64,000 nucleotides of DNA, taken from assembly GCF_009914755.1 (NCBI RefSeq), contig NC_060928.1; one strand, written 5' to 3'. A model generated the notes under the pieces. The model was not told the DNA's origin and did not search any database. It worked only from the letters and a program-made list of their open reading frames with translations. Position numbers and translations under genes: made by a program. Of the stretch, positions 56,171 to 64,000 are shown piece after piece; the first letter of the stretch is position 1; every line of letters starts with the position of its first letter. Source of the stretch: the human T2T-CHM13v2.0 reference genome, Homo sapiens.

Positions 56171-57023
56171 ATTATATATCTATAGGATATATACTTATAT
56201 AAATAAATGTATTATCTATCCACATGGATAATATAACCACATATAATAATAATAAAAAGTGATAATTCACATTCTTGAAATACACAGCTCCAGACATTGG
56301 GGCAGTCTTTTTGCAATAGCTCTCCTGGACTCATTCCCTGAGAATAAGTACTCCACTGGGCTTCTATCTCTGCCCTAGTCCAGCATTTCTGTGGATTTTT
56401 CTGCAATTTGTAAAGAATCCCCAGCACATAGCAGTTACTATACGAAAATATCAAATGCTGGTAAATGCAGCCTCAGGCATCATTTGCTATGCTGAAGATG
56501 GAGGTGGTCAGGAATTGGATTAAAGCACAAACAAGGAAGCAGAGATCCTTTTCATCAGAGTCAGATGAAGTGAGAAGAGGCTGAAGTAAAAGGTTTGGAG
56601 AGTAGAGGACCGCAGCTGGGGGAGCTTTCATTGAGTGGTTAGGTCACTGCTAGGCAAGATGTGGGCTTTAAAACAGCCAGGGACTTCCTGAGAGCAGAAG
56701 ATACATGGAAGAACTGCCGTGGGAATCGGGTAAGTCAAGAAGAGCTAAATAAAAGGATTACGGAGAAGCAGGGAAGGCATCCCTTAGAACAGGTATCTTG
56801 AGAGTATAATAGACCCAATCAGAAATGTATGATTTTTCATAGCAACTCATCAACCTGGAAGTAGAAGTAGTGGGCTTATTCAGTGGAGGGTATCCTTGGT
56901 TATAAATTAGAAAAGGCTGCAGCAGCTCATAATGACGAGAGAGTTCAGTGTGGAAGCGAGTTTGCTGCCCATACGGGTAAGACCAGGGGAGGGTTTTTGG
57001 ACTGGGAAACTGCAGCAGGTTGA

Positions 57024-57342
<319 letters not shown>

Positions 57343-57964
57343 TGAGGGAGCCTCTCCTTAAGAACAAAGGGTAGCTTCCACGCATCTTGTGGGAGAGAGA
57401 GATGGAAGGTCAGATGGTTGTAGTCAGAAAGGGGGAGTCTGACAGGTGGAGATCTTGGCAGTGGAGCAATTGCTAATGAAGATGAAATCCAGAGCACATC
57501 TATGCCAGTGAATAGATAATGTAAGATGATGTGAATGCTACTAGAATAAGTTTGGGCAGAGAGACTGTGATTTAAGTCATGACACTGAATTTGAGGGAAT
57601 GATGGGAATAAAATGGATGGAAAGACCACAAGGCAAGTACTGGTAGGGCAGGATCCACAGAGCTCTGTGCAAAGGAACTGAAGTGGGCATGAGTAGCAGT
57701 AGAACCATCCAGCCTGGGCAGTGAAGAGATGCCCCAGAAAGGGTCATGGGGTATGAGAAGTACTGGCACATTTCCTCTTGGCCTTGGGGTTTGTTAGGGG
57801 TACAGTCTTCGCTGGAGGCGTTGTGAGGTGTTACCAGGAAGATCCACTGGCAGTTAATGAGAGCAGGTGGAGCAATGGGAAAGGGAATGACGTGAGGTTG
57901 TAGGAAAGTTTGTTCTTAGTAGAATTAAAGTTCCAAAAAGATTTGGGAAAGTGTTTAGGATAAT

Positions 57965-58135
57965 AGCTCTTAACTTTGGTGGCACAATAGAATAACCCAG
58001 GGAGTATTAAGAAAATAAAATGCCCCAATACCTAGACCAATTAGATCAGAACCTGTGGGAGTGAGGCCCTGGAGTGGGTTTTTATAAAAGCTTCCACCTG
58101 CTTCCTCTGTGCGCTGAGAATTCCTGATTTTGGAA
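57965..58135. mobile_element. MER5A-like DNA transposon fragment
   Basis: ctcttaactttggtggcacaatagaataacccagggag...agaccaattagatcagaacct...aaaagcttcc. Confidence 0.55.
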
Positions 58136-59489
58136 GAGCATGAGCGTGAGTCAGGATGGGGGCAGGCCTGAAGGAGAAGGAGGCCTTCAGGAGGTGTGTT
58201 GCAAGAGGAAGTATTTCTGGGCAACAGTGGTTAGAGAAGTAGCGAGATGGGAGAGAGTATGTTGGGAACATTAGCAGGGCGCCAAGAAGGCAGAGTTTTA
58301 GTAATAAAGGGCTTTTTGAGCTAATCAGCCCCAAATTTCCAATTCAAGCGTGGGTGTGAGGAAGAGATGGCGTGACTGAAATAATTGTCTCTTCGGTATG
58401 TTGGAGAGGCCATTTGCCTATAACTAGGATTTTGGTATTTCTGCATTATTAAAAGGCCATGAGGTGCAAGAAAGCCTCATCCATTATTCATGTTTGTTTC
58501 AGGCTAAGTGCTAGATCCCCAGATGCTGAGAATTTATAAATGTCTATTTAGAAAGCATTGACCATGATACAAACTGCTCTTGAGTTGTTTTTGCTGCTTA
58601 AACCTGTTCATCACTCTTTCTCACTATTGACCATTTGCGTCTTGGGTTCACTAATTATAATAATCAGAATTATTTTTATAAAATATTCTATTTTTGCATG
58701 TATTTGTGTGTGTTTATTGGGAAAACAAGGTGGCTGAGGAGAGAACTATGTGTGTGAATATAAAATATGTAAATCAAACACTTCAAATATGATGTAGGTC
58801 TTCTATGGTACGCTTTTGCAACGATTTTCTTGGAACTGTTGAAAAGATTTGCCTTAATCAGACCCCATGGCTCCCCTACAGATACCATTTTCCCTAATTC
58901 AAACCCAGCATGATTCCTATCCTGACAGTGCTTTGGATGTATCACATTTGCAAGGAATATAAAAGAAATAACCTTAAGCTTTACATTAGAGCTGTGTGTT
59001 CACAACTTTTATTCGACATCAGAAAATCTTACAGGCTTGACTATCAAAATTATATGCGCTGACCCAAGAGGTCTCATCCCTTCCCCAAGACCATGCTGGT
59101 CAAATCTACCATGGTGAACAGATGATGGCAACAGGCTTCTAGCTCACCTTCCTGTTTCCACTCGTGCCCTCTACAGTCTTTTCCCCTGGAGCCTGCTTCC
59201 CAGTGGACTTATCCTGGAACGCTCAGTGTTCATAACCAAGTACTACTCTCTGAACGGAAGCTCCAGATGGAAATACCCTGATATTCAGAAAAACTTTCTT
59301 TCCTTGGCTTCCTTGATTCATTTTTCTTCCATTTCTATTCCTAATCTGGCTGCTTATCCTTCTTTAGCTCCTTTGCTGGCTGCCCTTCCTCCTTCCTTGC
59401 AAAGCCAGGGCTTTCCCTGGTCCCCAGGCTCTAGGGTATAGGTCTTCAAGCAACTTTGCTTAGGGGCAGAGCAGCCAGGCTGCAGCCAG

Positions 59490-59675
59490 TTGCCTGGGCA
59501 TGAAGCCTGCTTTCTCCACTTAACAGCTGTGTGACCTAGGGCAACTTACTTAAACTTTCTGTGCCTTGGATGATACATCTATAAAGTGGAGTTAATGGTG
59601 CCTTATAGATAAAATGAAGATTAAATGAGTTAATATAAAATATTTAGAATTTTGCCAAAAATATAGAAGCTCTCA
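59490..59675 (+). mobile_element. MIR
   Basis: ccacttaacagctgtgtgacctagggcaacttacttaaactttctgtgcct...gattaaatgagttaata. Confidence 0.7.
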
Positions 59676-59894
59676 GTCATCTTGATTATTTTTATGATTA
59701 TCTTCTCCCTCTACTCTCTCTTGATATTCTTCCTGACCACTGTGGATAACAATTATCAACATAACGTAGTTGGTTTCTGAATCTCTGTTTCAAAATCTGC
59801 TCTCTGTTCAGAGAACCATATCCGTATTTCTAACCGTGCCTTGGGCATCTTTTATACCTCTAATTCAGTATTCCAAAAGAAAAGGCACGGTCAC

Positions 59895-60256
59895 TGTTAT
59901 GGAGTGATATCTGTGCCCCCCCCAAATTCATACGTTGTAATCCTAACCCCCAGTGTGATAGTATTAGGAGGTGAGGCCTTTGGGAGGTGATTAGGTCATA
60001 AAGGTGGTGCCCTTAGGAATGGGATTAGTAGCCTTGTAAGAGAGATCCCAGAGAGCTCTCTCCCCAGCTCTCCACCACGTGAGGACACAGCAAAATGTCA
60101 GCAGTTCCTCATCAGAGCCCACCCATGCTGGCATCTTGATCTCAGATTTTCAGCCTCCACACTGGAAGTCTGGGTTGGAACTGTGAGAAATAAGTTTGTT
60201 GTTTATGCCACCCAGTCCGTGGTACTTTGTCAGAGCTGCCCAAACTGTCTAAGACA
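59895..60256 (+). mobile_element. MaLR solo LTR (MLT1A-like)
   Basis: tgttatgga...ccccaaattcatacgttg...cctttgggaggtgattaggtcat...ctaagaca, with near-TSD gtcac/ggcac. Confidence 0.8.
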
Positions 60257-60661
60257 GGCACAATCTCTACACCCCAAGGCATCCTGACCCCTGAGTTTGC
60301 TTCTATGACTCAGAGGCAGGAACTTGACCTTCCGCCCCATCCATTGAGCGCTCGTCATGGGATTCTCGAAAGGCCACTTGAACAGGACTTTTTAGGCTTG
60401 TTCTCTCCATCTCACTCCCCTGTCATCATTCAGCTCCATCACACGTTCCTGCATACTTTGACTCACCTTTTCACTGAAGTCAGGCTGATATTTCTAATAT
60501 GTATTTTCAATCATGCCTTTTTTCTGTTTAAACCTCTCCAATCTCCATTAACTCAAGAACTGAATCTCAGCTCCTCTCTCTGGCCGTAAAGGTCCATCTA
60601 GACAAAATTCCTATCTATTATTCTAGGCTTACCAGAAATAATATGCCTGCAGAGAGTCTTC

Positions 60662-60955
60662 TTTTTTTTTTTTCAGACAGAGTTTCACTCTGTCGCCTAG
60701 GCTGGAATGCAGTGAGGCGATTTCGGCTCACTGCAACCTCTGCCTCCCCAGTTCACGCCATTCTCCTGCCTCAGCCTCCTGAGTAGCTGGGACTACAGAT
60801 GCCTGCCATCATGCCCGGCTAATTTTTTTGTATTTTTAGTAGAGACGGGGTTTCACCGTGTTAGCCAGGATGGTCTTGATCTCCTGACCTCGTGATCCAC
60901 CCGCCTTAGCCTCCCAAAGTGCTGGGATTACAGGCGTGAGCCACCACACCCGGCC
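60662..60955 (-). mobile_element. AluY
   Basis: AluY-diagnostic segments ttcacgccattctcctgcc and caccgtgttagccaggatggtc...gacctcgtgatcc. Confidence 0.88.
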
Positions 60956-61782
60956 GAGGGTCTTTATTTATTGTTTGCTTCTGTGTTTATTCACGCTGTT
61001 CCCTCCACCTAGAAATCTTGTATTTTTCCCTCTACTATTGCTGGTCAAAACCCAATCCTCCATTAGGGCCAATCATCAAATATTAGCTCCTTTTCAGATT
61101 TCCTCAAAGTAATGATGCCTCCGTCTCCTGAGCTCCCATATAGCACTTTGCATGTCAGCCACTGTGGCATTTCTCACCCTCTGACTTACCTCCTCAACCT
61201 TGGCATACTTCTTTTATTCCTCCTTCTATATCATAAGTTCTTCAAAGGCACTTACTATATCCCTTAAAGCTTCGAATGGGATAAAATGAATGGCAATAAT
61301 CACACCAGGAATTAAGCTCATTTATTCTGCAAAGCAGCAGCCTGTTGTCAAATGCTAACCCGCTCCCTCACAGCCCTCATAAAAAGAATAGGAAAGCATA
61401 TAAATGAAGCAGCACACCAGAGGAACATACAGTGTGAGCAATTATGCCAATTCCTTTTATAGGAAGAACGCAGCTGAGATAAACATGGAAGCAGATTATT
61501 TACCATCCACGGGTCTCGTTGCCAAATTCTTCTAAATTTTTCATTAAAAGAAATCAAGGAAGGTAAACAAAGTAGCCCTTGGGAGGAATCAGTGTAAACA
61601 GCTCATATATCAGCATGGCCTCAGAGAAATGTCTATCTTTTTTAAGTGCATCCTTTTGGGCCAAACACGTGTCCACACACTTGGGTGCACACACACAGCC
61701 ACATCTCCAAGTGTGCACAGCCGTGCAAAACCTTGGCTTCCAGGTGGAGGTGAAGAGGGCAGGCTAGGTGGGAGGCACTTAC

Positions 61783-62016
61783 CTTCAGGGCATCCTGGGT
61801 GTCATCCAGACAGTAGACTCGGATGCTGTACTCCAGCGAGGAGCAGCACAGGGGCCCAAAGATGGCCAGCTTGAGGCGCTTTGCAGCCGCTTTGGTGGTG
61901 GAATGTCCTACCAGGGCGTAGGTGCTGAGGTTCTCTGTGAGGATGTGGCAGGCCTCTGCATCCAGCTGAATGTAGCAGGGGGTGGTGAAGTTTTCCTCCC
62001 CGACCACCACCACATC
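61783..62016 (-). CDS. UNC5C: UNC5C exon 12, end of ZU5 and start of UPA
   Basis: Reads [78 protein letters not shown]. Acceptor ttgtcccccag, donor gtaagt; 234 nt, phase 0-0. Confidence 0.97.
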
Positions 62017-62505
62017 CTGGGGGACAAGAGGGAAGGGCCATGGCTAAGTCACCCAGGACGCATGCCGGCCACCAGGGATGGTGGTGAATGGTGAGTAGAG
62101 CAGGACCTATCCTTTACTTGGTCTTTTTTCTCTCTCAGAGTTTATAATCTGTCTACTTGAGTTCATCATTCTGTCTCTTTCTACCATTGTCTTTACACTG
62201 AGAATATTTATTTAGATGTCTTTCAGTTTGCATTTTTTGATCTTCTAAGAATCTACATTTTCCCTAAAAATCTGTACGTGTGAAAAGAATTAGATAAATT
62301 AAGGAACTGGGCAATAATATATTAATATGCAATTCTACTATGTTCTTTCAAAACTCACCTGACAGTTTCTTCCTAAAGAAATACACTGCTTTTTCTAAGT
62401 AATCTTGGCCGTCAGATTCTAAGAAAAGCAAGACCTGACAAATTCCATGACACGTAAGATACATTTCTCTGTTACTTTTTTTGTTGTTGTTGGGTCAGTA
62501 TACTT

Positions 62506-62815
<310 letters not shown>

Positions 62816-64000
62816 ACAACTTTTTAACATGTTTTATATATTTAGGATTTCATATTGTGTGTGTGTGTGTATGTGAAAGCAGGATTTTGCTGCAAAAAGG
62901 TTTAAACGGAAAACACTCAACCTAGATCATGTGAGCAGTTGTTCCTGAGTCGTCATCTGATGACTGATGGCTGAGCAGAGGATTGGCCAAGCAGGCAGCT
63001 GTCCCAAGTCCTAGATGACCAGGGGCCAAGGACATGGTACTTGGTGTCAGGGAGCTGGGATGAGGGCAGGGTGGGCTGGGATGGTGTGTGAGCTCACAAG
63101 AAGGAGCTCAGGGAAATTCTAAAGGCAGCAGCTGGCAGTAAAGCTGGAAGCTAAATTGAAGGAGACAAGTCAGTGAAATTTTCAGTCTAAAGAGATGGGT
63201 TTTTATGTGTCATTAAACAGTCTACTCTTTCAGACACTGAAAACATTTAGCAAGAAATAAAAATAAATGGAAGTGATGATTTTTATTTTAAAAAATAGTT
63301 ACTAATTCAACCAAGTTTTGATTCATCTATATGGTTCAGGCCACAGAATATATCAGCTGAAAGACCATGTATGGGATGCAAAAACCAAGGGTTGGGATTC
63401 CGAATGCATCCTGGGGCAACCAGGTAACAGAGGCATGTGAAGTAGGCAGGGCCACAGACAAGGAGGAATGATGGAGACTGTGGCGAACCAGAGTGCATGC
63501 CTGTCTAAAGAGCTCAGCCTCTGCTGGGCTTCGGCCTACGGTTGCTATGCAGGAATGCAGGCCAAGTATGGACAAAGCCTCACATGTTCCAAGACAGGCT
63601 GGAAGTTCAGATTTTAATGTGAAATCTTCCAACTTTTAATTAACTCGAATTTAAAAGAAAATCTCAGGCAGGAGAAATCCACGCGTGAGCATGAGTCAGT
63701 CTCTGCACTGTCAGAGACAAGAGTCAGTCAGTCTCTCTGCAGGGGCAGGAATCATGTCGACTTTGCTTCCCACTGTATTCCAGTGGGCCTGGCTCAGGGT
63801 GTGTGTCCCACAACCATTTGCTGAAACAGTGAATGAACACTTAGTTATACATTTAGTTCAGAGGGCTACACAAAGATGTGAAAGGTTGCCACCTAGGTTA
63901 TTATTTATTAGGCCTTGCAACATGATCTGAGCTATAATAAGAGCTGTGTTTTAATAGCATCAGTGAAATAATTTCTTCTACTGAACCTATGCCCCCAGAG

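Overview
This is human (or very close great-ape) genomic DNA from the chr4q22 BMPR1B/UNC5C junction, with two convergent, tail-to-tail genes. On the + strand are the last three exons of BMPR1B (C-terminal Ser/Thr kinase domain, stop at 13355-13357) and a ~3.75 kb 3'UTR. On the - strand are the last five exons of the netrin dependence receptor UNC5C (end of ZU5, UPA and death domain, stop at 27891-27893) and a ~6.7 kb 3'UTR. The two distal poly(A) signals are ~4.1 kb apart. The rest is intron and interspersed repeats: one near-full-length dead L1PA3-like element, a 1-kb L1 3' fragment nested in an Alu, ~10 Alus, MLT1 LTRs, MER5/MIR fragments, a 1.2-kb CT-rich repeat and a 770-bp AT-rich palindromic minisatellite. 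I see no evidence of a wholly new gene system. The best leads are RNA-processing and structural hypotheses: a cryptic in-frame BMPR1B acceptor adding a microsatellite-encoded poly-Asn insert; ~1 kb inverted L1 ends bracketing UNC5C exons 13-14; a sense L1 sitting just before the death-domain exons; an array of ~35 decoy 5' splice sites; a strand-specific hairpin downstream of the L1 antisense promoter; and a templated duplication inside a MIR. Exon numbers, repeat subfamilies and SNP identities are from memory and were not looked up.
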